64,000 nucleotides of DNA from Azolla caroliniana (Eukaryota > Plantae > Polypodiophyta). The notes under the pieces are model-generated. The model ran no database searches. It was given only the letters and a program-made list of their open reading frames with translations, and had not been told where the DNA came from. Every line of letters starts with the position of its first letter. The first letter of the stretch is position 1. Of the stretch, positions 48,227 to 60,519 are shown in pieces. The stretch covers positions 10,478,001-10,542,000 of the forward strand of contig JBHGNT010000022.1 in the NCBI GenBank assembly GCA_043228905.1, written 5' to 3'. The position numbers and the translations under genes are program-made.

Positions 48227-50616
48227 CCATTACCGTCGTTCGCTGCGAGAAAGCAGGAATCGTGGTCGCCAAAACTGTGTTATTCGCTAGCCGGACAAGG
48301 CCTAACACAAGGTGTCACGGAGACACTTCACCAAAGGGTGATTACAGCATAGGATTAAGATTCAACGATTACACCAACTTACTTAGGTTACACGATTAGA
48401 ATGCTTTGGTTAATTACACGCGTAAGATATAACAGTAATTACAGAACGGAAATCAACATAGAAGTATAAACATCATAAGCTCTATTAATTATCCGCTGTG
48501 ATTACAATGGGGTCCGGGCCTTTAAATAGGTTTCCGGCCCGTAGTACAAAACGGTGCCTCTCGCACCTATTCGGGATCCGTCCGGATCTGGAACGGCATA
48601 CCGTTTCCAGTCCGTCCGTCCACACTATGCTCATTTACAACTATATTTAATTAATTCCTTCACTCCGTATTTTGGACTCCTTGCCGGCCGGCAACATACC
48701 AGACATCTTGTGCCAGCCGGTAGCGCTCCTCTCGCCGCCAACGTTCTTCTTCTTCCTCCCGATTGCTCCGTGGTTCAATTTGCTGGACCAGTGGTGCTTG
48801 TCGATTTAACAAGTTATACTCACACCGTTCCATTGTGTGACTTCTGGAGTGGTAGAGCAAGCATTGGGAACGCATGGTGTATTCCAGCGCCGAATATCCG
48901 GCATTCAAGCATATCGTACATTGAACTGCTTGTCGGAAACGGAGGTCCTCTTTTGTCGATAGCGTACGTTGAACTGCGCCCATGGTTAGCCATGAACTCG
49001 AGTTTTCCATTTCCTGAACTCGGTCAATCACTTGATCTATGTTGTTGGTGCGGAAATCAATGACGGTGCACACCGTCTGTAAGGGTTCCCGGAGTGCTGC
49101 TCAGAATATGGTCTTTGTTTCTTCCTCCGGTGGTGTCCGGCTGAGCTGACTTTGGATCCGCTGGAACCGGATGACAAATTGTTTGATGTTCTCCGTTGGT
49201 TCCTGCCGGATACTGTAAAATAACCCGAACATTTCCCGTTGGTCCATCTCCTTGTGGAAGAAATGCAAGAATTTTGTCTTTAATGTTTCAAACGTGGGGA
49301 TGGTTCTGGGATCTTGTGTTCGGTGCCATCTGGCAGCCGGTCCCTCCAAGGTCATGCCGAACTCTGCCCGTTTTGAGCGCTCCTCTTTGGCTGCATTTAA
49401 GCGTTGGGACACATGGTTCGCTTCCTAGGTCTGCTGAAATGCATGGACGTGGGTTTCCGCGTCCGGATCATCCCGGTATCTGGGATATTGGAATGGCATA
49501 TTGTCATCTGGTTTCAGTACACGGGCTGGTGGTGTCGGTGGTCGTTCCTCCTCTGGTGGTGTCAGAGGTTTTCCCTGGTCTTTTGTCACCATCGGAGGTC
49601 TTTCCTGCTCCTCTTGTGGTGTCGGAGGCTTCTCCTCCTCGACTTGCAGTGTCGGAGGTCTCTCGTCGTCGACTTCTGGTTCCGGAGTGTAGTCGACTTC
49701 TGGTACCAGAGTTTCCAGCCTTCTCGATTCGGGTTCTGGTGTCGGCAAAGTATTTGACTCCTCGTCCTCTAGTCCGCTTGGGTGTCGTTACTGCTGCGGT
49801 AGTTTGTTTGCGCCCTGTATTCCCCATCCGAACCTGATTCAAATGCCGAAAATGCTTCAAGTTCGCCTTCCCCCGCTGCCAATGCCTGGAGAAGGGATTC
49901 TGCTTCCCGGAGGCTGCTTAGGCTGCTTCCTTCATCCGGGTAGACTTTTTTTGGTAGCCGAAGTGATTCCTTCGCCACTCTCCGGATCACTTTCGAAAAT
50001 GAGGGATCCGCTCTGATTTCTTTTGCCGCTTGGTCAAAAGCCTCTCACTTCCTCAGTCGTTCAGCAAGTCGCCTTGCTCACTCCGTAACCGGGTCGTTTG
50101 TTGGTCGCATCATCCATTCCCGTCGTTCTTCGCTACGATTGTGCAGGAATCGTGGTTGCCAAAAACTGTGTTATTCCTTAGGGCCGGACAATGGCCGAAC
50201 ACAGGGTGTCTCCGGAAGACACTTCACCAAAGGGGTGTTACGATGAGATAACTTAAGACACAACGATTACTTTGACTTAATTAGCTACTTAGCAATAAGT
50301 CATACACTTATTACACGCGTAAGATATAACAATTAATTCAGAACGATAATCAATACGTGAAGATAAAACAAGAAGCTTATATTAATTCTCCGTTAAAGCT
50401 ATACATTGTAACTAGGCCTTTATATAGGTCACCAGTGCTGCGTACAAAACGGTGCCAACCGGCACCTGTTCGGAATTGGTCCGGATCCGGATCTGCATAC
50501 CGATTCTGGTCCGTCCATTCACTACATAATTATAATCTAATTTACTTAATTAAATATATTCCGAATAACCATCCCTTTCACATTCTGGTCTCTGATTCTT
50601 TGCCGGTCGGGTAACA

Positions 50617-53600
50617 GGAGCAAGCCGCAAGCCGCGTGATATATTGCTTGGCGACATGTGTTCACGATCACATGCTCAGCTACATTCGTGAAGCCAAGAC
50701 ACAGAAGGAGGCATGGGAAAATCTTCTCTGCAAGAAGGCTTCAACTCTGACAAGAGTTGAACAACATTCAACAAAGGGATATGTCCGTCACGACATACAC
50801 CTTGAAGATCAAAGAGCTTTGCGACTCGCTCGGCTCGATAAGCGTAAGTATAGATGATGATGAGATGGTGCAAATATGCCTTAGTGGCCTCGCACCACCG
50901 TTCGGCGCAATGCGAACCGCCATTCTAGCACGGGAGAAATCTCCCTCCTTCTTCGAGCTCTAATCAATGCTGCTATTGGTCGAAGAAAACCACATGCGTA
51001 CAAGGAGCAATGAGTCGGAAGGCCACATGCTCTACACGCACTCGAATGGCAGAAGAGGACGCGGACGAGCGAGAGGCCGATTCGGCCAAGGACAAAGAGG
51101 ACGAGGTCCGACCTACTACAACAACTCCCAATTTCGGCCGCAAAACGGAAGCCAACGAGGAACCTTTGCAAGAAGGGGGAGCTTCCACTCCGGCCAGAGC
51201 CGTCAAAACGCAACTGAATGCGGATATTGTGGAAAGCTCGGCCACCATGAAGAAGAGTGCCGAAAGAAGATGCGTGAATCGGCTTCCACAAGCCAACAAC
51301 TCACGAATTATGCGTACAATTCCGGGTACGAAGAGTATAGCGGAATGTACGGGCACAACTCCGACTACGAAGATCGTGGCGGAAAGTTCATGATGAAACA
51401 TAGAGCAAACTCTATGTCGGCCTCTACCTCAACTAATGCCTCCAGTACGAAAGATGTATGGTTCGTTGATTCTGGTGCCTCGAACCATATTACATCGCAT
51501 CAAGAATGGTTCCTAGAACTTTGAGAGCCGGACCGACCCGGCTATGTCGAAACCGGAGACGACACTACGCACCCGATTCGGTACATCGGAAATATTCCAT
51601 TCGAAAAAGAAGATAAGCAAAATTACATTAAAAATGTCTTGCATGTACCGACCATTACGAAGAATTTGGTCTCCGTCGGCCAAATTGTAGAGCAAGGGAT
51701 GCAAGTTCGATTTAATCAAGGCGGTTGCTTCATCGAAAAAGAAGGCTGACTCATCGCACGCGGACGAAGACAGGGCCGAATGTTCATTCTCGACTCACCC
51801 GAGATGAAATCGGCCATGTTCGGAAAGGGCATGAAAACCGACTCCGACATAGAGCTATGGCACAAGCAAATCGGCCACATCAATCTCAACAAACTCAAAG
51901 CAATGAAATCGAAAGCAGTCGTCATCGGACTTCCGACATTCAAAGAGAAGGAGATTGAAGGTGTATGTGAAGCGTGCCAATTTGGCCAGCAACACCTACA
52001 CCCATTCCCGAAAGAGCGGAACGTGACCAAAGGTCTACTCGACGTAGTCCATTCCGACGTATGGGGACCGACACAAACAGCTACATTCGGCGGATGTCGA
52101 TATTACGTACTCTTCATCGACGACTTCTCTAGGCACACTTGGATCTACCCGATTCCGCAAAAGAGCGAAGTGTTCAGACACTTCCAAAAATTCAAGAATA
52201 AAGTCGAGAAAGCCATGGGCCGACATGTATGTTGTGTTCGATCGGATGGTGGCAAGGAGTACTTTTCGGACGATTTCACGGCGTATCTCCGAAAGAAAGG
52301 AATTCGGCGAGAATTCAATTGCCGACACACTCCGCAACAAAACGGAGTAGCCGAGCACAAAAATCAGCACATCCTTGAAGTAGTGCAGGCCATGATGAAC
52401 AAGAAGCATATGCCTGAGTCTTATTGGGCGGAAGCTGCAAATACGGTCGTCTACCTAATGAACCGGTGCACAACATCCGGCGTGCACAAGGTCACTCCGC
52501 ATGAAAAATACTTCGGAAAGAAGCCGGACTAACCAGACCACAAGAGCCTTGGAGTGATCAAAGCACATCACGTCCTGGTCTGAAGATGGACAAAGGCAAG
52601 GCGAAAATGTCAGAATACGAAGACGATCGCTTCGACAACGATGAGTCGACTCACTCACTCGACAATGAGTTCGGCGGCTTCGATGTACCAATCAGAGCTA
52701 AGAAAGCCCTCATCTTTGCAAATGAAAAGCTCCGTCGCTCCACCCGTGAAAAGAATCCGGTCAGCCGATTCGGCTACAACGACTACATGGCATATCACTA
52801 TGCCTTTATGATGAAGGTGGCAACAGTATGTGTGCCAGAAACTTTTTCCGAAGCAGCCAAGGATCCGCGATGGATCGAAGCCATGAACGAGGAGATGCAA
52901 GCACTACGCAAGAACGAGACGTGGGATCTCGTTCCCACCTCACCGCACAAAAAGGAGATCGGATGCAGATGGATTGACAAAGTGAAGTACAACGCCGACG
53001 GTTCCGTCAACCGCTACAAAGCGTGACTCGTAGCGAAAGGCTACGCCCAAACGCATGGAGTTGACTACGAAGAGACCTTTGTCCCGGTGGGAAAGATGAC
53101 GACGGTACGGACCGTAATTGCACTTGCCGCGGCAAAAGGGTCTCACCTCCATCAAATGGACATCAAGAATGCCTTTCTACAAGGCGAAGTGGAAGAGGAG
53201 GTGTACATGATACAACCACCGGGCTTCAACTCGAGCACCCATCCGAAAGTTGTATGCTGACTCAAGATGCCTCTCTACGGCCTCAAGCAAGCACTGCGTG
53301 CTTGGCATTCAAAGATAACGCAATATCTTCATCAAGTCGGCTTCCGTATGTCAAAATCGAACAACTCCCTCTACTTACGAAGTGATTCCGCAAGTCCGAT
53401 AGTCATCATCTTATATGTGGATAACCTAGTCATTGCACGTGAGCATCTCGTCGAAATCAATAAGGTCAAATCCCTCCTTGCCGACAAGTTCAAGATGACG
53501 GACATGAAGCAGCTCCACTACTTCCTCGGCATAGAGGTAACTCGGACTCCGGTCGGAATCATGATCTCTCAACGACACTACATCCTTAACTTGTTATACA

Positions 53601-55029
53601 AATTCGGTATAACTGAGTGAAAATCCGCGTCAACCCCGCTCGATCACAATCTCAAACTAGATGCGAACTCCGGCACCAAAGCTTGTGAGCCGACTCAGTA
53701 TCGGTTACTCATCGGGAGTCTCATCTACCTCACAATCACAAGACCCGATCTCAATTATCCGGTCGGTCTCCTTAGCCAATTCATGCAAACACTGCGTGAT
53801 ACTCACTTGGATTGCACTAAGCAAGTTCTACACTACGTGAGCGGCACAATGGATTGCGGCATCCTCTACAAGACCGCGATACCAGTATGACTCGAAGGGT
53901 ACACAAATGCCGATTGGACCGGCTACAAAGCCGATAGAATCTGGATTTGTCTTCTCCCTAGGCAGTGGAGCGATTTCATGAAGTAGCAAAAAGCAACCAA
54001 CCGTCGCTCTTTCGAGCACAGAGGTAGGGGCGTGGTAGTGGCCGCATGTGAAGCCGTATTGCTCAAAAGGATACTCAAGAATTTGGGCGTACCGATCAAG
54101 GATACTGTGAGAACATGAGCAGTATCTATCTGGCTCGGAACCCGGTGTTCCACGCGCGGACAAACCACATTGAAGTGCACTATCACTTCATCCGAGAGCG
54201 CGTTCTAGCTGGTGATGTCGACCTACAACACATTAATACCAATCTTCAAACAACCGACATCTTCACTAAAGCCTTAGTAGCTGACAAGCTGTGGCAATTC
54301 ATGACCGATCTCGGATTGACGATCCTTGACCTGCCAAGCTTGAGGGGGAGTACTGAAGACACTACGCAATAACGCGTAGATTCCGCAACCGCGCACTACG
54401 CAATAACGCGTGTATTTCGCAACCACGCAACGAAGACATGGAGAGCTGATCTACCATGCAAAGCCGCGAAGAAAGATGCAAGCCGAAGCACAGACTTCAC
54501 AACTACACACAACACAAGCTAGAGCACAGATTCCGCAACTCCGCATAAATGCAAGTCGACGCGGACTCCGGAACGTGAGTCGACGCGGATTTCGGATACC
54601 GTCTAAAACCGACCCGACTTGAGCTTGAGGGGGTGTGTTGAGAATCAAGCTCAACTTGGTCTAGTGTGTGAACTCACCTTGAGAGTGAATAGACACTCCA
54701 ATGGTCAAGAGTCACCACTATCTCACCACTTTGTATTCTAGCATTTAGAATGAGTCATAGAATCATATTCTATGACACATAACTTATGAGCTTTCACATT
54801 CCCCATGCTCCATGAGTCTTGTAGTTAATGAAGAGAGAGGGTGACTATATAAAGCACCCTCCTCCCACCTTGTATAATGTTGAGTCTTTCTCCTTTGTTA
54901 ATATACTTTACCTTGCGTATTCTCTGTGTCTCACTCCTTGTCTCTCACTCCTTGTCTCTCTCTCTCTCTCATACACACACACAGTCCATACCTATTCCAC
55001 ACCACAGAATCCATACCTAATTCTTTACA
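50617..55029 (+). mobile_element. Copia B: gag (5'-truncated)-PR-INT-RT-RH, 3' UTR, PPT and 3' LTR (54636-55029)
   Basis: Motifs CGYCGKLGHHEEEC, WFVDSGASNH, RSDGGKEY, LYGLKQA, ILYVDNL and HIEVHYHFIRE. PPT GAGGGGGTG is followed by TGTTGAG...TTTACA. Confidence 0.9.
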
Positions 55030-55032
55030 GAG

Positions 55033-57650
55033 ACCATTAGATGAAATAACATAGCCGAGGAATTCAACTGAGGTTCGATCAAACTCACACCTTTGAGGTT
55101 TTGCATAAAGTCCATGTTTCCGAAGTTTGGACAGGATAAGTCGGACGTGCTTGGTGTGCTCTATGTAGTCTTGTGAGAAGATAAGTATGTCGTCGAGATA
55201 GATGACCACAAATTAGTGTAGATATTCTAGGAAGATATCATTCATCATATATTGAAAAATGGCAGGAGTGTTTGCGAGACTAAATGACATTACGGTGTAT
55301 TCAAAATACTCGTACCTGGTTCGAAATGCTATTTCCCACTCATCTTCAAGCTTGATACGCACCAAGTTGTCGGCGCCTCTAAGATCGATTTTGGAGAATA
55401 TACACCCAGCCCGAAGTTGGTCGAGGAGTTCGGGGATTAGAGGTAGTGGATGGCGGTTTTGAACAATGACTCGATTGAGCCTGTGATAGTCGATACATAA
55501 GTGTAACGTTCCATCTTTCTTTTTGACAAATAGGATAGGAGCGCCCACGGGAGATTTTGAATGGCGAATGAATCGCTTTGTGAGATTCTCTTCAATGTAT
55601 ATTTTGAGGGCCTTGAGTTCAGGTTCAAATAACCCATAGATAAGGCCAAAAGGAGGACAAGCATCATCGTTCAAGTCAATTGGACAATCATATGGGCGAT
55701 GTTTGGCCAGGCGATCAACATTTTTCTTCTCAAATGCATCAGAGAAATCATTGGATTTTCATGGAAAAGAGCTAGACATAGGGCAATGTCTAGCGTGGAC
55801 ATGACCACCATGTCTTTAGAATTAGAAATGGATGGAATCAACACTGTATCACTTACCCCAACAAGAGTGGAAATTATTTCCGAGGCCGAAGCGAGAGTAA
55901 CTATCGATGTTGTTTCTATTGGAGTAACCGTTGACACGGTTCTCACGGAAGAGGAAATGGGAGCGACCGCTAACTTGGTCCTCACTAGAGTAGAAATGGG
56001 AGTTGCCTCCAAAACATGAGTGGGAGCAACCATTGACGCGGTCCTCACCGGAGCAGAAATGGGAATCGAAGCGACCGCTAACGTGGTCCTCACCGGAGCA
56101 GAAACGGGAGTGGCCTTCGAAACATGAGTGGGAGCAACCGTTGATGCGATTCTCACCGGAGCAGAAACAGGAATCGGAGAAATCGTTGATGTGGTCCTCA
56201 CCGAAGCAGGCGGCCAAACAAACATTGGCTCGAAGAACAGTGGAAACAATCCCTTGTGGGTGAGAATTTGAGGTGATGTTGATGGAGCGAGATCACCAAT
56301 CCAAGATTGGATTGTGAGTCTCGAGCCATGATAACCCCAACATGATAGGACGTGATTGCACTATGTGGAGACCCAAGGGAATTGTTGTATCTGTGATTGC
56401 ACTAGAAGAGAGCGTTCGACCGTCGATCACTTCAACTAGAATCGGAATAGTTATTTTGTTGCTTGGAATGTTGTGTGTCCATGCAAACATGATATCAATA
56501 AAGCACGACGTAGCCCCAAAGCCCAACAAAGCTTTTGTCTTCAGAGTGGTAGAGCCAAACTAAAGAGTGATCGGAAGCGTGAAGCTTGTTGTTGAGGAAG
56601 CCGGTTGATTTGGCCCTTGACACAATTGTCAACTCTTGTGGTCCAAATCCACAACAACCCCTATTGCAACTGGACATTGGAGTTTACTTGTTGACAGAAA
56701 CGGTCAACCCCATCCACATGATGTGGTGTTTGACGGGGTCCCTTTTTTGGGCAAGCGCAGATCAAATGGTTGGGGCTAGCACAATAGAGACATAAATTAT
56801 TGTCCCGTCGATGTTGTTGTTGCGCATTCATTAATGGTCGGTAGCGAACTCGATTGATTTCCATTGGGGAGCTAGAATATATGGGGGAAGTTGAAGATGA
56901 AGTGGAGGATGACATGGGAATCGGGGCCATCAACCATGGTAGGTGACTTCGTGTAGCGGCTGGCCAAGGTGGATGGATCCGGTGAGGACGTTCCTTTTGT
57001 CGGCACTCGAAGGGACGGTTATCGCAGTGCACAGCTTGGGAAATAGCCTCATTCAAAGATGTGGGCTCAGGAAAGTTAAGTAAAATATTTTTTGTCTCAC
57101 CTCATAATCCTCAACGGAATTGATTGAGGAGGGCTTGTCCATCCCATTCGACATCGCACGGGAGCTGACGAAATTCAAATGCATAGATTGATGTCGCATG
57201 TTCTCCTTGTTGTAGTGCATATAATTTGTTGAGTGCGTCTCGTCATTTGTCAGTTTCCCCGAAAGTTGCTTTGAATTCGGTAAGAAATGCTTGGAAGTCA
57301 GTCAAGAGGGGTGAAGAGGTCGCCACCTGAGGGGCAAACCAAGCTTCGGCTTGTCCTATCAGCAATGTGCCGATGAGCCCGACTCGTCGAAAGTCATCAG
57401 AATAGCGTCGGGGTTGAAGGTGAATAATAAGGCAGATCTGGTTGATGAAGCCTCTTAACGGTGACCTTGTTCCATCGAATTTATCTGGCAAGCTAACATT
57501 GGGTTCTGTTGTAGAAGGGTCAATAATTGGGTGAGGTATGACCGTTGTGGTTTCCTAAAGTTCTTGGATGAAGTTTCGCAAGTTGGCATTCTCATGTTGG
57601 AGTTGTTGTGGTACCACCAAAATTTGCTCAAGGTTACTAGATGACTCTGA
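55033..57650 (-). pseudogene. E2 gag, protease, repeat spacer and RT, degenerate
   Basis: Motifs PDKFDGTRS.LRGFI, CLYCASPNHLICAC, MLGLSWLETHNP, GAPILFVKKKDG and VIYLDDILIFS. Confidence 0.9.
55860..56215. repeat. Tandem 39/48-bp units in the E2 protease-RT spacer
   Basis: Recurrent GGTCCTCACCGGAGCAGAAA(T/C)GGGA units encode SAPVRT..VAP repeats. Confidence 0.8.
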
Positions 57651-58019
57651 CATTATAGTGTATTGAGAAAGAAGAAAAAGAAGGAAGGAAATCAATCTAT
57701 TACGGATAAACAAGATAAAGATACGGGGAAGTTGATGAAAATAAGTAAGAATATCTATTCCATGACTGGTGTTGATTTCCTTGATGTTAGCAAGGGAGAT
57801 CAACCCTTTTTATACATGTATGAAGCATGATAAGCATGCTCATGCCAAGTCTTATATACTATAATATCAAGCATAATAATTCTTGCATGCCAAGTCTTAC
57901 ATACTGAGTCTTATATACCATTCTTTATACAAAGGTTTAAAATCTAAAGTTTGTCTAGGAGAAATATATATATATGAGAACCTGAGGCTAAAATTCGAAT
58001 CGATGTTCATCACACCAGG

Positions 58020-60360
58020 AAAAGAGCCACCATGGGGACCGATCTACAACCAGTCACCAACCGAGCTAGAAGTCCTTCAAGCCTACATAGAGGAAAATTG
58101 GGCGAATGGCTTCATTTGACGTTCGAAATCTCCAGCCGGCGCACCCATTTTCTTTGTCAAGAAAATGGATGGATCACTTCGTCTCGTCGTGGATTACCAT
58201 GGCTTGAATAAGGTCACCATCAGGAATAGGTATGCATTTCCCCTTATCTCGAGTCTTTTAGAATGGATTAATGGTGCAAAATTCTTCACAAAGATCGACT
58301 TATGAGGAGCATATAACCTCGTACGGATCTGACCAGGAGATTAATGGATGACCACGTTTGGCACCCGATATGGGCACTTCGAGTATACGGTTATGCCATT
58401 TTGTCTTACCAATGCACCAACTGTCTTCCAACACATGGCAAATGATATATTCCAAGATCTCTTGGATATTTGTTTGATCACTTATTTCGATGATCTACTA
58501 CTTTATTCGAAGACTCAAGAAGAGCATGATTCTCATGTATTATTAGTACTAAAATGACTTCGAGAACATGGCCTTTATGCAAAACTGGAAAAATGTAGTT
58601 TTGATTGCAACCAGGTGGAATTTCTAGGCGATGCCATCTCCTCAGAAGGCATCTCTATGGATCCAGCTAAGGTCAAAACTGTGGTAGAGTGGCAGACTCC
58701 ACGTTCATTGCAAGATTTTTTAGGGTTTGCAAATTTCTACTGCAAGTTTATACAAGACTACTCAATGCTTATTTTGCCTCTCACACAGCTTACCAAGAAG
58801 GGGCATTCGTTTGTTTGGTCTAACGATTCAGACACGGCTTTTGTAAGTCTTAAGAAAGCATTTACATCAGCTCCTATTCTAGCTCATGTTGATCCAAAAA
58901 AACCGTTTATCATGGAGGCAGACGCGTCAGATTTCGCCCTTGGTAGCATTCTGTGACAACAAGGCGATGATAAAAAACTACATCATGTGGCTTTCTACTT
59001 GTGCAAGTTGGACACCTCCAAAATCGTCTACGAGATACATGACAAGGAGCTATTAACAATAGTGGACTCTTTTACACAATGTAGGCATTTTTTAGAGGGG
59101 TCTTCTCATCAAGTCACCATATTCTGTGATCACAAAAATCTTGCCTACTTCCAGAATGCTTGTGTATTAAATCAACTTCAAGCTCGGTGGGCCCCATTCC
59201 TCACTCGTTTCAACTTCAAAATCACATGATATCATCTTGGGAAGCAGTAAGGGAAGGAAGGTGCCTTATCGTGACGCTTGTATCTAGCACCTCGTCCCGG
59301 TAATCCAACATTCAATAATCAAAAGCAAGTAATCCTACGACCGGCATGACTACAAGCAATGTGGGTTTTCGACACGCCATTGGATTCCCACATTATCGAT
59401 ACCATACGTGAAGACTTGAAGACAAACGCTTTTGCTCAAGCCATTCTAGCGCAAATTGATCCCTCTCGGGCATCTTGTTCACAGTCACAACAACCAGGTA
59501 CGGACTATCAACAATTCGAATGTCATGATGGATTACTATTCTTTAAGAAACTCTTGTATGTTCCTAATGGTTCTTGTCGCCTTCGTGTAGTCCAAAATTT
59601 TCATGAGACATATGCAGCTGCCAATATTGGTAGTACTAAAACGTTGGATTTAGTACAATCCTCATATGTGACGATTTGTCGAAGACTATGTTCGGACATG
59701 TGATACATGTTGTAGAGCAAAGATGCCAAGACAACATTCCTATGGTTTATTGGATCCATTACCAATTCCAAGCAAGTCGTGGCCATCCATTTCTCTAGAT
59801 TTCATCACAGATCTTCCAGTTTCGAAGGGATTCGATGCAATCTTAATAGTAGTAGATTGATATACTAAGATGACACATTTCCTACCTTGTACTAAGGAAA
59901 TCACTAGTGACGAAACTGCCGAAATTGTCATGCGTGAGGTATTTCGGCATCATGGCCTCCCAGATAGTATCATTAGCGACTGTGGACCCTAATTCGTGTC
60001 CAAATTCTGGAAGCATCTCTACAAAAGGCTCAAGGTCACATGTAACCTCTCCTCCGGCTATCACCCTCAAACAGACGGACAAGCAGAATGAGCGAATCAA
60101 ACACTAGAACAATATCTTCGGTGTTTTCTGAGCCATCAACAAGATGATTGGGCAAATATTCTCCCGTTTGCCAAAATTGCGTATAATAACTCTATCCACT
60201 CATCGACTAGGGTTACACCATTTTGTGCTTAATTTGCATATAATAACTCTATCCACTCATCAACTAGGGTTACACTATTTTATGCATATAAGGGCTATCA
60301 TCCTTGGCGGTGTGTATTCAAAACTCCAGAGTTACCTACAAATGCTCGTGCAGAGGATCA
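58020..60360 (+). pseudogene. E1 RT, RNase H and integrase, heavily degenerate; chromodomain region absent
   Basis: Motifs GHFEYTVMPF.LTNAP, YFDDLL, EADASDFALG, ISLDFITDLP and YHPQTDGQ. Confidence 0.9.
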
Positions 60361-60519
60361 TTCTACTATTTGGTCAATTGGTTAGGCTATAGTCCAAGCG
60401 AGCGTACTTGGGAACCAGTCAAGAATGTCGCAAATGCTTGAGCTCTCATTGAGGACTTCCATCGACAATATCGCAAATGCTTGAGCTCTCGTAAAACTCG
60501 TCATCTTAAGGGGGTTTAG

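Larger units (their letters stand above)
42390..48696 (-). mobile_element. E6: young non-autonomous Phygy-like element lacking RT/RH/INT
   Basis: 419-bp LTRs at 42390-42808 and 48278-48696 with 3 differences seen. Perfect TSD TACCA. PBS TGGCGACCACG at 48261-48271. Confidence 0.95.
39825..50616 (-). mobile_element. E5: Phygy-like gypsy element, 3'-truncated within RNase H, interrupted by E6
   Basis: 5' LTR 50169-50616 and PBS TGGCAACCACG at 50151-50161. Gag 48702-50112 continues at 42384; protease, RT and start of RH run down to ~39825. Confidence 0.9.
8828..58014 (-). mobile_element. E2: Ty3/gypsy chromovirus (Tcn1-like) with C-terminal chromodomain, nested in E1
   Basis: LTRs at 8828-9179 and 57698-58014, TSD CCAGA/CCAGG and PPT (AAGGGGAGGATAA on minus) at 9180-9192. 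Gag 56600-57650, protease 56293-56560, RT 55033-55674, integrase 29224-29520 plus 9255-10312. Confidence 0.9.

Noticed and set aside
29530-55029. Copia A and Copia B as two halves of one element
   Set aside because: Both contain the same gag/protease region with diverged sequence, so they are separate copies.
55860-56215. CRISPR-like repeat array
   Set aside because: The units are in-frame degenerate tandem repeats without unique spacers, in a eukaryotic TE context with no cas genes.
60360-60500. Captured gene fragment before the E1 PPT
   Set aside because: It shows only a short direct repeat (CGCAAATGCTTGAGCTCTC twice) in a deleted 3' region, with no supportable identity.
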